In this document: one piece after another, positions 41,548 to 51,095 of the stretch | How the letters are laid out: every line of letters begins with the position of its first letter | Position numbering within the stretch: position 1 is the stretch's first letter | NCBI GenBank assembly: GCA_965219955.1 | Contig: OZ244799.1 | Coordinates: 3,648,001-3,712,000 of the forward strand | Length of the DNA stretch: 64,000 nt | Source: a bacterium | Lineage (GTDB): Bacteria > UBA8248 | Direction: 5' to 3' | Notes under the pieces: model-generated | Seen by the model: only the letters and a program-made list of their open reading frames with translations | Database searches by the model: none | What the model was told of the DNA's origin: nothing | Made by a program: the position numbers and the translations under genes

Positions 41548-42432
41548 ATGAGTCTCGAATCCCAAACCATCCTACTCGCCATATCGGCGGCCTTCGTCAG
41601 CGCGGCGACGAACATCACCTTCGCGCCCGCCCTGCGGCAGATGGGTTCGTTCGCGCTCGCCCAGTTCAACAACCTGGGCAACACCGTCATGCTGGGGGCC
41701 ATCGGCTTCTGGCTCTACGAGGCGGGGAGTTTCCGCTGGGAGGCGTTCGCCTGGTTCGGCGTTCTGGGCGTGATGAACTACAGCATCAACCGCTGGGTCT
41801 TCTACACCGGCATGAACATCGTCGGCCCCGCGCGCCACATCACCATCACGAGCATGGTCCCGCTTCCCAGCCTGATTCTGGCCGTCGTCTTCCTGGGAGA
41901 AGAACCCGGCCGGTGGGTGGTGCTCGGCACGGTTCTCGTCGTCTTCGGAATCGCCGCCGTGAGCTACGAGCCCTCGGGCGGCTCGGGCGGAAGATGGTTC
42001 CGCGCAGGCGTCGGCTGGTCGCTCATGAGCATGCTCATGCTGGTCGCAAGCGCCTTCATGCGCAAGCAGGGCATGTCGTACATGGCGGCCCCCGCCCTGC
42101 TCACCGCGTGGTCGGCCATGGTCGCGATCCCGACTTCCGAGGCCTTCCGGCATTTCCTCCCGAAGCGTTATTTCGAGTGGGGCTCGAAGCGCTACCTTCC
42201 GCTGCTGATCTTCGGAACGATCATCAACGGGCTGATGCAAATCCTCATCAACCTCTCGCTCAAGGGAAAGCTCTCGCTGGCGGTTCCCATCCTGAGCAGC
42301 ACGCCGATTTTCGCCCTGTGCCTTTCCGCGATTTTCCTGCGAAAGATCGAACGCCTGAACGCGCGCGTGGTGTTCGGCATACTCATCGCCGTGCTGGGCA
42401 TCGTGGCGGTGAGCATCGGGCGGCACGGCTAA
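41548..42432 (+). CDS. DMT/EamA family transporter
   Basis: About 10 TM segments, two repeats, FLGE motif. Confidence 0.85.
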   Translation: MSLESQTILLAISAAFVSAATNITFAPALRQMGSFALAQFNNLGNTVMLGAIGFWLYEAGSFRWEAFAWFGVLGVMNYSINRWVFYTGMNIVGPARHITITSMVPLPSLILAVVFLGEEPGRWVVLGTVLVVFGIAAVSYEPSGGSGGRWFRAGVGWSLMSMLMLVASAFMRKQGMSYMAAPALLTAWSAMVAIPTSEAFRHFLPKRYFEWGSKRYLPLLIFGTIINGLMQILINLSLKGKLSLAVPILSSTPIFALCLSAIFLRKIERLNARVVFGILIAVLGIVAVSIGRHG

Positions 42433-42438
42433 GCGGCC

Positions 42439-43308
42439 ATGGACAACACGATGGGAATCGTCTGGGCGCTGGCCGCGGCCGTCATGGCGGCGTTCACGGG
42501 CGTTCTCGCCGCGCGGCCCCTGCGGCACATGGGCCTGATGTCCGCCACCCTGCTCACCAACGTCTTCAACATGCTCGTTCTGGGCCTTTTCGGCTGGTGG
42601 GAATACGACCCCGCCGACGTGACGCTCGAGGGCATGCTCTGGTTCGCCCTTCTGGGCGTCACCGCCTACAGCTACGGACGGCTGGTGTATTACAAGGCGA
42701 TCGACTCCATCGGCCCGCCCCGGCTGATGACGCTCATGAGCACGTCCCCTTTGCTCAGCCTGTCCCTGGCCGTCCTGTTCCTCGGCGAGCAGCCCGGCCC
42801 GGCCGTTCTTGCGGGAACGGGCCTCGTGGTGGCGGGCGTCATTCTGGTGAGCTACGAACCCGCCCGGGGACGCTGGTTCCAGCCGGCGATCCTCTGGGGT
42901 TTCGCGAGCGCGCTCTCGCTCGGCGTGAGCGTGTTCATCCGCAAGAAGGGCCTGGACGCCATGCCGAGCATCGCTCTTACGGTCGCGTGGTCGAACATGG
43001 TGAGCATCCCCATCATCTACAGCCTGAGATACCTCTCCCCGCCCGCGCTGTTCGACTGGGGGCCGCGCTGGGCGGTCGTGACCATCATCGTGGTCGGCGT
43101 GCTGAACTCGGGCAACCAGCTTCTCTACAACCTCGCCATCATCAACGCCGAGGTCAGCGTCGTCGGCCCCATCATCGCGTCAATGCCAATCTTTTCAGTG
43201 ATTTTCACCGTCCTCATGCTGCGCGACATGACGCGCGTGCGGCCCCGGCTCGTCCTGGGCGTATGCGTCACGGTGGCCGGAATGGCCGCCGTCGCCCTGG
43301 GCCGGTGA
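42439..43308 (+). CDS. DMT/EamA family transporter (paralog)
   Basis: About 10 TM segments; similar to the upstream gene (VSYEP..RWF, F.RK.G). Confidence 0.85.
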   Translation: MDNTMGIVWALAAAVMAAFTGVLAARPLRHMGLMSATLLTNVFNMLVLGLFGWWEYDPADVTLEGMLWFALLGVTAYSYGRLVYYKAIDSIGPPRLMTLMSTSPLLSLSLAVLFLGEQPGPAVLAGTGLVVAGVILVSYEPARGRWFQPAILWGFASALSLGVSVFIRKKGLDAMPSIALTVAWSNMVSIPIIYSLRYLSPPALFDWGPRWAVVTIIVVGVLNSGNQLLYNLAIINAEVSVVGPIIASMPIFSVIFTVLMLRDMTRVRPRLVLGVCVTVAGMAAVALGR

Positions 43309-43663
43309 GGTGAGCGGCCCCCGCAATTCCCCGCATTTGCGGTAATCACAGGCGTGGCGGATCATGGCAGAATTCCCCTGCGCCCGGATTCCGCGGCGTC
43401 ATTTCCCAAGAAATTAATTTTCAGAAATTTATCGAAAGATACGTTCATAGTCTTGCCCTACGGACAATCGTACGACTGGATACCCATAAGCACGATAAAT
43501 CGCTGTATTAAAAGAGATAATTATCATACTTTCCTTTTCCTCTCCCTTTGCATTTACGTCATATTTACGCTATAAGGGACGCATATTTGATGCCGGACGT
43601 ATGCGATTTGATTACGGAACGCCCATATCCTCCGGCCCGTGACACGATTTCCGGGGAGTTCCC

Positions 43664-44845
43664 ATGCCCAGAAGAAGCGAACGCAAGCTTACCAAACGCG
43701 TGGTCGACGCGCTATCCATCGAGAAGGACGACGCCGTCTTCTGGGACCGGGAACTGGCGGGCTTCGGGGTGCGGGTCTACGCCACGGGCCGGAAGGTCTA
43801 CGTGGTGCAGTCACGGGGTCCGTGGGGCCCCAGACGCGTGACGCTGGGCAAACACGGCGAGATGTCGTGCGATGAGGCGAGGAAGACGGCGGCCGGCGTC
43901 ATCGACCGCATCAAGCGGGGCGAGGAGCCAGAGCCCAAGCCGCCCGAGGCCGCGCCCACGGTGGCGGGTCTTGCCGGGCGCTTCATGCGCGACCATGCCG
44001 AAACGCACTGCAAGCGCAACACCGCCAGGACGTACCGCTCCTATATCGGGAACCACATCCTTCCGGCGCTGGGCGGGAAGGCGCTCGCCGAGGTCGGCCG
44101 GGCAGAGATATCGGCGTTTCATCACAGCCTGCGCGCGACGCCCGGCGCGGCCAACGCGGTCCTGGGACTGCTCTCCAGCATGTTCAAGATGGCCGAGGCG
44201 TGGGGCCTGGTTCCTCCCGGGAGCAACCCGTGCCGGGCGGTGCGCCGCTACCGGACGCGCAAGTGCGAGCGGTTCCTGACGCAGGATGAATTCCGCCGCC
44301 TCGGACGTGCGCTCCGTGACCTGGAGACGGAGGGGAAGGGGTGGCCGGTAGCGGCCGCGGCGATCAGGCTCCTGGCGCTGACCGGGTGCAGGCGGAGCGA
44401 GATACTGGATCTCAGGTGGGACGACGTGGACCGCACGGCAGGCGAGTTGCGCCTGAGAGACTCCAAGGCGGGCCCGCGCATGGTGCCCCTGACCAAACCC
44501 GTCAAGAGGGTGCTGGAGGGGATCCCCCGCTCGCCGGACAATCCCTGGGTGTTTCCCGCAAGGTACGGGGACGGCCGCCTGACGGACCTCCACCACTACT
44601 GGGAGGCCGTGAGGGAGCGGGCGGGGCTTCATGACGTCCGCATTCACGACCTCAGGCACTCGTACGCCAGCCGGGCGCTGGCGCTCGGCGAGAGTCTGTC
44701 TGCGATCGGCAGGCTGCTCGGCCACCGTCACGTGGTGAGCACGGCGCGCTACGCGCACCTGATGCGCGATGCCGAGAAGGCGGCGGCCGCCCGTGTGGGG
44801 GAGAGCATCGGCGTCCACGTCACGAACGGGAGGATGGAGCGATGA
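43664..44845 (+). CDS. Tyrosine integrase with arm-binding domain (DUF4102 type), copy 1
   Basis: WD..LAGFGVRV; TGCR, DSK, HDLRH, LLGH, TARY catalytic set. Confidence 0.95.
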   Translation: MPRRSERKLTKRVVDALSIEKDDAVFWDRELAGFGVRVYATGRKVYVVQSRGPWGPRRVTLGKHGEMSCDEARKTAAGVIDRIKRGEEPEPKPPEAAPTVAGLAGRFMRDHAETHCKRNTARTYRSYIGNHILPALGGKALAEVGRAEISAFHHSLRATPGAANAVLGLLSSMFKMAEAWGLVPPGSNPCRAVRRYRTRKCERFLTQDEFRRLGRALRDLETEGKGWPVAAAAIRLLALTGCRRSEILDLRWDDVDRTAGELRLRDSKAGPRMVPLTKPVKRVLEGIPRSPDNPWVFPARYGDGRLTDLHHYWEAVRERAGLHDVRIHDLRHSYASRALALGESLSAIGRLLGHRHVVSTARYAHLMRDAEKAAAARVGESIGVHVTNGRMER

Positions 44846-46011
44846 CGACGAAGCCCAAGATGAAAACGCTCTCGAACCGGCTGGTGAGAAAACTCACGGC
44901 CGAGAAGGACACGGTGTTCTGGGACCGCGACCTCACAGGCTTCGGCGTCAGGGTCTATCCCACCGGCTCAAAAGTCTACATCGCCCAGGCGCGGGGACCG
45001 GAAGGCCCCAAACGCGTGGCGGTGGGCCGTCACGGCGTGATACACGCGGAGGAGGCCAGGAAGCGCGCGGCGCTCGTCATCGCGCGCATCAAGGCGGGCG
45101 AGGAACCTGTGCCCGAGCCGATGAAGCCGGCCTGCGGTCCCACGGTGGCCGAGCTCGCGAAGCGCTATCTCGCGGAATACGTCTCCGTGCATTGCAAGCC
45201 GCGCACCGTGAAGACGCTCCGCTCCGTGGTCGGCAGGAACATCGTGCCCGCGCTTGGCGCGATGCCGATATCCGCGGTCGAGCGCAAACACGTGGCGGAA
45301 CTCCACGGGCGGCTGAGCGCCAAGCCCGCGGCGGCGAACCATGCCGTGCGGGCGCTGTCCGCGATGTACCGCCTCGCAGGTGAATGGGGTCTCGTGGCCG
45401 AGGGCGTGAACCCGTGCCGCGCCATCGCCGAATACCCGGTCGGCCGTCGGGAGCGCTTCCTGACGGAGGCGGAATTCGACCGCCTGGGAGAGGCGCTTGA
45501 CGAGACAGAGGCCGGGGGCGGCGCGTCGGCGAGCGCGGTGGCGGCGATCAGGCTCCTGATCCTGACCGGGTGCCGGAAGTCGGAGATCCTCACGCTGCGC
45601 TGGGAGGAGGTGGCGCTCGATCAAGCGGAACTGCGGCTCTCAGACTCCAAGACGGGCGCGCGGGTCGTTTCGCTCTCAGGTCCCGCGGTCAAACTCCTCG
45701 CGGGTCTGCCGCGCACCCCCGGCAATCCCTGGGTGCTCCCCGGCAGGAAGCCGGGGACGCACCTCCGGAAGCTAGACGACGCCTGGCAGTCCGTCCGCTC
45801 GCGCGCGGGGCTTCATGACGTGCGCCTCCATGACCTGCGCCATTCGTTCGCCTCGAGAGCTCTCGCGCTCGGCGAGGGGCTTTCCACGATAGGGAAATTG
45901 CTCGGCCACGCCCGGATCGAGACCACCTCGCGCTACGCACATCTCGCGCGCGATTCGGTGCGCGAGTCCGCCGAGCGGGTCGCCGCGAGCATCGCAGAAG
46001 ACCTGCTGTAG
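44842..46011 (+). CDS. Tyrosine integrase with arm-binding domain, copy 2
   Basis: Same motifs intact; ATGA overlap with copy 1. Confidence 0.95.
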   Translation: MTTKPKMKTLSNRLVRKLTAEKDTVFWDRDLTGFGVRVYPTGSKVYIAQARGPEGPKRVAVGRHGVIHAEEARKRAALVIARIKAGEEPVPEPMKPACGPTVAELAKRYLAEYVSVHCKPRTVKTLRSVVGRNIVPALGAMPISAVERKHVAELHGRLSAKPAAANHAVRALSAMYRLAGEWGLVAEGVNPCRAIAEYPVGRRERFLTEAEFDRLGEALDETEAGGGASASAVAAIRLLILTGCRKSEILTLRWEEVALDQAELRLSDSKTGARVVSLSGPAVKLLAGLPRTPGNPWVLPGRKPGTHLRKLDDAWQSVRSRAGLHDVRLHDLRHSFASRALALGEGLSTIGKLLGHARIETTSRYAHLARDSVRESAERVAASIAEDLL

Positions 46012-46012
46012 G
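45975..46012 (+). repeat. 38-bp direct repeat, copy 1 (integrase 3' end)
   Basis: GCGGGTCGCCGCGAGCATCGCAGAAGACCTGCTGTAGG. Confidence 0.85.
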
Positions 46013-46126
46013 CGTCGAGACCATAGTCCACCCCGGCGTCGGATCCAGCGTCCGGAGCGAAATCCTCGCTCCCGGCGGGACCCCACGTGCGCAGGCGCCC
46101 CACTCGGCGAGCGTAAGGCTTCTCGA

Positions 46127-46678
46127 TCAGTCCCGGATGCCTGATGCGCCTTCGGTGCCGGTTTGGCGGATGTCGCCCGGCGGCGGCGGGACGGAAACAT
46201 CGGAGAGGTCGATCTCGAAGTCCGCGTAGAAAACCGGCTCCCGGCCGGTCTCGGCGGTGGCCATGATCCCGGCAAACCAGTCCGCATAGACCGGATCGTG
46301 TCCCTTTCCGCGCGCCGCTATCTCCGGAAACCGTTCGACGAACATGCGCGCGAGCTCGCATGCGTCCTTCCCTCCGGCATCCCTCCATCCGAACGGGGCG
46401 TCCCCTTCCGAGCTGGAATAACCTGCGACGAGGGAGCACGTACTCTCCTTGATGCGCAAGCCGTCCTCCGCCACGTTGTCCGCGCTCGTGATGGAGCAGC
46501 GCCAGTGCATGCCGGAGGGGGACAGGCCGGATCTCATCCTGATTCTTTGATACCCCGCCTCGTGCAGCGCGCGCACGAGCGAGAGGACGCGCAGGATGTC
46601 GCGGAGAGCGGGACCGGGCTGAAGCGGCTCCTCACGCGCGAACGCCGACTTGCCCCGGGCAAACCATGAATCTTCCAT
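46127..46678 (-). CDS. Hypothetical protein
   Basis: RBS GGAGG; LHEAGYQRIR..GLSPSGMHWR; co-oriented downstream of HU. Confidence 0.7.
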   Translation of the reverse strand: MEDSWFARGKSAFAREEPLQPGPALRDILRVLSLVRALHEAGYQRIRMRSGLSPSGMHWRCSITSADNVAEDGLRIKESTCSLVAGYSSSEGDAPFGWRDAGGKDACELARMFVERFPEIAARGKGHDPVYADWFAGIMATAETGREPVFYADFEIDLSDVSVPPPPGDIRQTGTEGASGIRD

Positions 46679-46693
46679 GGAGGCCTCCGAAAG

Positions 46694-46966
46694 CTAGCGC
46701 ACCGCGTCCCGCAGGGCCTTGCCGGCCTTGAAGGACGGCGTCTTCGAAGCGGCGATGACGATGCGCTCCCCCGTGGCGGGGTTTCGTCCGTTGCGCGCCG
46801 CCCGGCTCCTCACCGAGAACGTGCCGAACCCCGGCAGGGTGACCTTCTCCCCGCTTGCGAGAGCGCCCCTGATGGCTTCCAGAAGCGCGTTCACCGCGCG
46901 CTCCGCCTCGGCCTGCGACAGCGAGTTCTGTTCTGCGGCGCGGGCCGCGATATCCGATTTCCTCAT
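46694..46966 (-). CDS. HU family DNA-binding protein
   Basis: MRKSDI, GFGTFSV, ARNGRNPATGE, PSFKAGKALRDAV. Confidence 0.95.
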   Translation of the reverse strand: MRKSDIAARAAEQNSLSQAEAERAVNALLEAIRGALASGEKVTLPGFGTFSVRSRAARNGRNPATGERIVIAASKTPSFKAGKALRDAVR

Positions 46967-47460
46967 TTCCCGTTCCTTTCCGAACCGTAAGTGATCGCGC
47001 GCATGCGCCATAAGTGCGACAGGGCCGGACGACGCCCGCCGTCAGTATCCAGGCGAGGCCGGTCCGGCTCCCGCCCGATGATTCATCATCCGAACAGCCG
47101 CCCGGAGCGGGCTTCATTCGCCGGCAGGCCGGTGCTCCGTTCTTTCCTGCAGCACGTTTTACTCAAGACGTTTGAACGATAGCGTGAGAGACACGATCTC
47201 TCCCGGCCTGCCTTGGTGCGGCTCGCACTTCCGTCATGATCCGCCCGGGAAACCCGTGCCCTCATCTTCCGGAAATTCCGTCCCGGCCGCTTCACGTCCG
47301 TCACGAAGCAGGGAACCGCAAGCGGCGGAATACGTATCGGCATCGCTTCGAAGTATAAACGAAGCAGCGTGAATTTAGTGTAATTTTCCGTTTTCAATCC
47401 ATGCTCTTTTCGTGATGACAAGCATCCGGATACGTTTTTTCGGCGTCGGCAGCCACCGCC

Positions 47461-47498
47461 GCGGGTCGCCGCGAGCATCGCCAAAGACCTGCTGTAGG
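47461..47498 (+). repeat. 38-bp direct repeat, copy 2
   Basis: GCGGGTCGCCGCGAGCATCGCCAAAGACCTGCTGTAGG (36/38 identical to copy 1). Confidence 0.85.
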
Positions 47499-47527
47499 GC
47501 GCCGCGCGCAACTCCTGCGCGATGTCC

Positions 47528-50344
47528 CTATATCTCCATCAGGCGATCGAAACGCGTCCTCTCCATCGCGGGCCCCCGCCCTTCACCCGGATGCAGCGCT
47601 CCCTTCTGCTTCTCCGTCCCGATGCTCCCGGCCTTGCCCGCTCCTATCGCCTCCAGCGCCGCGATCCGCTCCCCGGTCGCGGCTTCGAGCCGCTCGCACA
47701 GGGCCTTCGCGTCGTCGGTCACGAGTTCCGCCCGGTCCCGGGCGCGGCTGATCTCGACGTAGAGCGTCTTCTGGTTGGTGAGCTCGGGGTGGTTCGCCTC
47801 CATGGCGGCGATGACGGTATCGACCGTCCGGCCCTGGAAGGCGTGTACGGTCGAGGCCCAGGCGCGGTCGACGTGTCGAAGCTGCGGATCGGCGCTCGTC
47901 ATGTCGAGGACGCGCCCGTCCTCGATGCGGAAGGTGATGCGCCCGCCCCTGACGTCCGTCACCTCGGCGGCCTGGCTGTTCATGAGACCAAGATCGGGAT
48001 CGTTCCGGGTCCAGCGGACCTTGTCGCCCTGGCGCAGCTCCATATGCTCGACGCGGTATACCTCGACACCGCCGCTTCGCGCCGCGAGACGGCGGGGTTC
48101 CCAGCGGATTTCCCGCCCGTGCCCCCCTTCGAGGATGACCGCGCCGCCCTTGTGGTCGACACCCGCCACGCGCAACTCGTCCCCCTTCTCGACGCCGATG
48201 CGCTTGTAGGGGCGGTGGAAGGCCACGACGTCGCCGGGTGAATAGTTCGCGGCGAGCGATTTCTCGGGATTCGTGTAGCCGCGCGAGACGAGGCGTTCCG
48301 TGAGAAAAGCCGGACCGTGGACGACGCCCTCCCTGACCAGGCGCTCGCGGACGATGGCGTTGATCTTCTCGCGGATCGCATGGCTCGGCGCCATGAGCCC
48401 GGCGTTTGCGCGCGCCTCCGGCGATAACGCCAGCCAGCGCGCGGCAGCGGCGCCCGCGAGGTTGTCGGGTTTCACTTCGGCCACGTTGGAGCCCAGTTTC
48501 CCGAAGGCGCTCTTCACGTCGCCCGCGAGCGTGGACTCGACGGCGGCTTTCAGGTCCTGGTCGCGCTGACGCATGATCTCCTGCATCACCGCCGTCTTCA
48601 TTCCCGCTGCCTGCAGCTGCGCGAAGGGTTTGCCGGCGTCCACGGCGTCGAGCTGTTTCGCATCGCCGACGAGAACGACCCGCGGCAAGCGAAGGACCTC
48701 CGCGATACGGAAGAGTTCGCGCATCTCGCGCGTGGAAGCCAGCGATCCCTCGTCCACCACGAGGGCGGTCCTGCTCCAGGCGGCGCGCATCTTTTTCTCG
48801 GCCGTTCTCGTGAGACGGCCCTGGGCGACCCCTGCGTTACGAGCGAGGAAGCGCTGGAGCGTCTCGCTCTCGATGCCCGCTTCCGCTTCGAGTGTCCGCG
48901 CGGCCGAGGCCGAGGGGGCCAGGCCCCGGACCTCGTGGCCGCGTTTCTCGAAGAGCGCGCGGGCGCGCCTGAGCATCCTGGTCTTGCCGGTGCCGGCGTA
49001 GCCCTGCACGCCGACGACGCGGTCAGGGTCCGTGAGGATGAGCTTGACCGCTTCTCGCTGGCCATGTGTCAGCGGGCCGTTTCTGAGCGCTTTGTCCACG
49101 GTGCGGCTGCGCATGGCGGGCTCGCCCCGCCCCCTGCCGGCCTCCACCAAGGCGATGGTCTCGCGCTCGGCCGCCGCGGCCTTCTCCGTCGTGAGCATGT
49201 CCTTCACTCCGGGCAAATCCGCCGCGTGCAGGACGCCGGTCTCCTCCAGCCTCTTGACCTCGCGCTCGGCGCCCGTCATCGACACCGCGCCCGGCCGCCA
49301 GGCGAGCGCGCCCGCGAGCAGGGCCGCGCGGTCGAAGACGGCCTCTCGCTCCGCCAGGTGCGCCACAGCCCATTCCACGGCCTCGCGCGCGGGTTCGGCT
49401 TCCCTGGATGGAGCGCTCCTCGCCTTCGCCCGGTCCTTGAGAGCAGCGGCGTCGAAGCCGAGATCGGCGGCCTGTTTCTGCCAGGCGGCCATGAGCGTCC
49501 CCTTGTCTGCCTCCCGTTTGGGGTCCCGCGTCATGAGCGTGACCCGCTGTGCCGCGCGCTGGTTCTCAGCCGTGGCGCCAAGTCCCCGCTCTTCCATCGC
49601 CTTCTCGATCTCCGCCCGCCGGGTCGAGAACGCCTCGATCACCTCCCTGGGTACCCCCGCGATCTCGAAGCGCCCGTCGGCGTGGGTCTTCTCGACCCGG
49701 TAGCCGAACCCTTCGAGGCCGCGTGCGAGTTCGGTCCGGTATATCGCGCCGATCAGCATCTTGCTCGCATAGAGTTTCTCGTTGGACATGGTGCGCCACT
49801 TGCCGTCCGCGCCACGGACCATGTTGGCGATCACGGCGTGCGTGTGGAGCAGGGGGTCGAGGTTGCGCGAGGTGTCGTGCCGGAAAGTCGCGACCACGCT
49901 CTTCTGGTCGCCCACGCGGACCATGCGCCCGGTCGCGGGGTCGCTCATCCTGGTCTCGGCGACGTTTCGCTCGACCCAGTCCAGGGTGCGCGCGACGGCC
50001 ACCTGGTGGGCCCAGATCGCGCGCCCGTCGCCGCCGACGTACGCGAGCAGGGAGACGGACTTGGGCGCCGAGAGGGTAAGGTCGCGTCCCGGGCGGTGGT
50101 GGAACGACCCGTCCTTGCCCGGGCGGCCGAGCCTGCGTCCCGAACCGTCGGGGACCACGCCTTCGAGCACCGCGCGGAGGGTATCGGGGTCGACCGGACC
50201 GGTCAGGCCCAGGTCCTCAGCACCCCTGCCTCGCCAGGCGCTTGCCTCCCGATGGATCGGGTCGCCCTTCGCGTAGTAGTCGTCGCGCTCGAAGTAGGAC
50301 GCGCACTGCGCGGGGGAGGCTACGGCGCCGATCGACGCGACCAT
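47528..50344 (-). CDS. MOBF (TrwC/TraI-type) relaxase-helicase
   Basis: YFERDDYY, DLTLSAPKSVS, HDTSRNLDPLLHTH, FSTRR; helicase GYAGTGKT, VVDE, GD.KQL. Confidence 0.95.
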   Translation of the reverse strand: MVASIGAVASPAQCASYFERDDYYAKGDPIHREASAWRGRGAEDLGLTGPVDPDTLRAVLEGVVPDGSGRRLGRPGKDGSFHHRPGRDLTLSAPKSVSLLAYVGGDGRAIWAHQVAVARTLDWVERNVAETRMSDPATGRMVRVGDQKSVVATFRHDTSRNLDPLLHTHAVIANMVRGADGKWRTMSNEKLYASKMLIGAIYRTELARGLEGFGYRVEKTHADGRFEIAGVPREVIEAFSTRRAEIEKAMEERGLGATAENQRAAQRVTLMTRDPKREADKGTLMAAWQKQAADLGFDAAALKDRAKARSAPSREAEPAREAVEWAVAHLAEREAVFDRAALLAGALAWRPGAVSMTGAEREVKRLEETGVLHAADLPGVKDMLTTEKAAAAERETIALVEAGRGRGEPAMRSRTVDKALRNGPLTHGQREAVKLILTDPDRVVGVQGYAGTGKTRMLRRARALFEKRGHEVRGLAPSASAARTLEAEAGIESETLQRFLARNAGVAQGRLTRTAEKKMRAAWSRTALVVDEGSLASTREMRELFRIAEVLRLPRVVLVGDAKQLDAVDAGKPFAQLQAAGMKTAVMQEIMRQRDQDLKAAVESTLAGDVKSAFGKLGSNVAEVKPDNLAGAAAARWLALSPEARANAGLMAPSHAIREKINAIVRERLVREGVVHGPAFLTERLVSRGYTNPEKSLAANYSPGDVVAFHRPYKRIGVEKGDELRVAGVDHKGGAVILEGGHGREIRWEPRRLAARSGGVEVYRVEHMELRQGDKVRWTRNDPDLGLMNSQAAEVTDVRGGRITFRIEDGRVLDMTSADPQLRHVDRAWASTVHAFQGRTVDTVIAAMEANHPELTNQKTLYVEISRARDRAELVTDDAKALCERLEAATGERIAALEAIGAGKAGSIGTEKQKGALHPGEGRGPAMERTRFDRLMEI

Positions 50345-50764
50345 ATCAGCAACTCCTCGGGCGGTTACGGCAGTTCTCGTTCATATGCGTCTCTCCTTCG
50401 CGTTCGAACATTTCGCCCCGATCGATCCTCCGGCGTCATGCGGGCGGGGGCGTCCATCGCCTGCACGAGAGACGGAAATAAAGCACCAACAACTCGTTTG
50501 CAAGGATTTTCTATATCCAGTTTCCTACGCTTTTTGCGCATACGCGCCCTCGCATACGAAAGGCTACGCGGGGGTATGATCTTTTTTTCGCGGCGCGCCC
50601 CGCCCGAAACGGAACGCCGCAGGTCGCGGACGGCCGTTCATCGCGCGCCTCCCCCAGGCCCCGCGCCGACGAGAGGCGGAGCCGGGCCTGGAGGGGGCGG
50701 CGGAAGGGCGTCCGGGAGAGGACGTTCTCCGCCTTCCCGACCACCCACAGCAAGGAGGCGCGCG

Positions 50765-51079
50765 ATGCGGACGAGCATGCGAGAGTCGAACACCTTCCTC
50801 ACCCACACCTTCGGCCGGGGGCTCGAAGACGAGCGATACGCCGTCGAGCGGTTCAAGTCCACGATGGACGGCGAGATCCGCCCCATTCCCGCTGCGAAAG
50901 CGAAGACCGGGAGCGGGCGCAGGACGAAGAGAGCTACAGCCACCCGGAAAGCCGTCCGGGAGATGCGGCCCGCGCAAGACGAGATCATCGTCTGCACGGG
51001 CCTGCGCACCAGGGACAGCGGAGTCCAGTATTGGGGCGTTTTTTCGATCGGGATCTTCGGCCAAAGCAGTCGGCGCTGA
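50765..51079 (+). CDS. Hypothetical protein (104 aa)
   Basis: RBS AAGGAGG before ATG 50765; 3' end of the spurious 714-aa ORF. Confidence 0.55.
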   Translation: MRTSMRESNTFLTHTFGRGLEDERYAVERFKSTMDGEIRPIPAAKAKTGSGRRTKRATATRKAVREMRPAQDEIIVCTGLRTRDSGVQYWGVFSIGIFGQSSRR

Positions 51080-51095
51080 GGGGGGGGAGAGACGG

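Noticed and set aside
43550-43606. dif-like or att core site left of the integrases; CGCATA(C/T) motif shared with 50380-50560
   Set aside because: Poor match to XerC/XerD arms, no partner copy in the window, and the shared motif is short enough to be chance.
48935-51079. 714-aa plus-strand ORF
   Set aside because: Antisense shadow of the relaxase; only the last 104 codons have an RBS and were kept.
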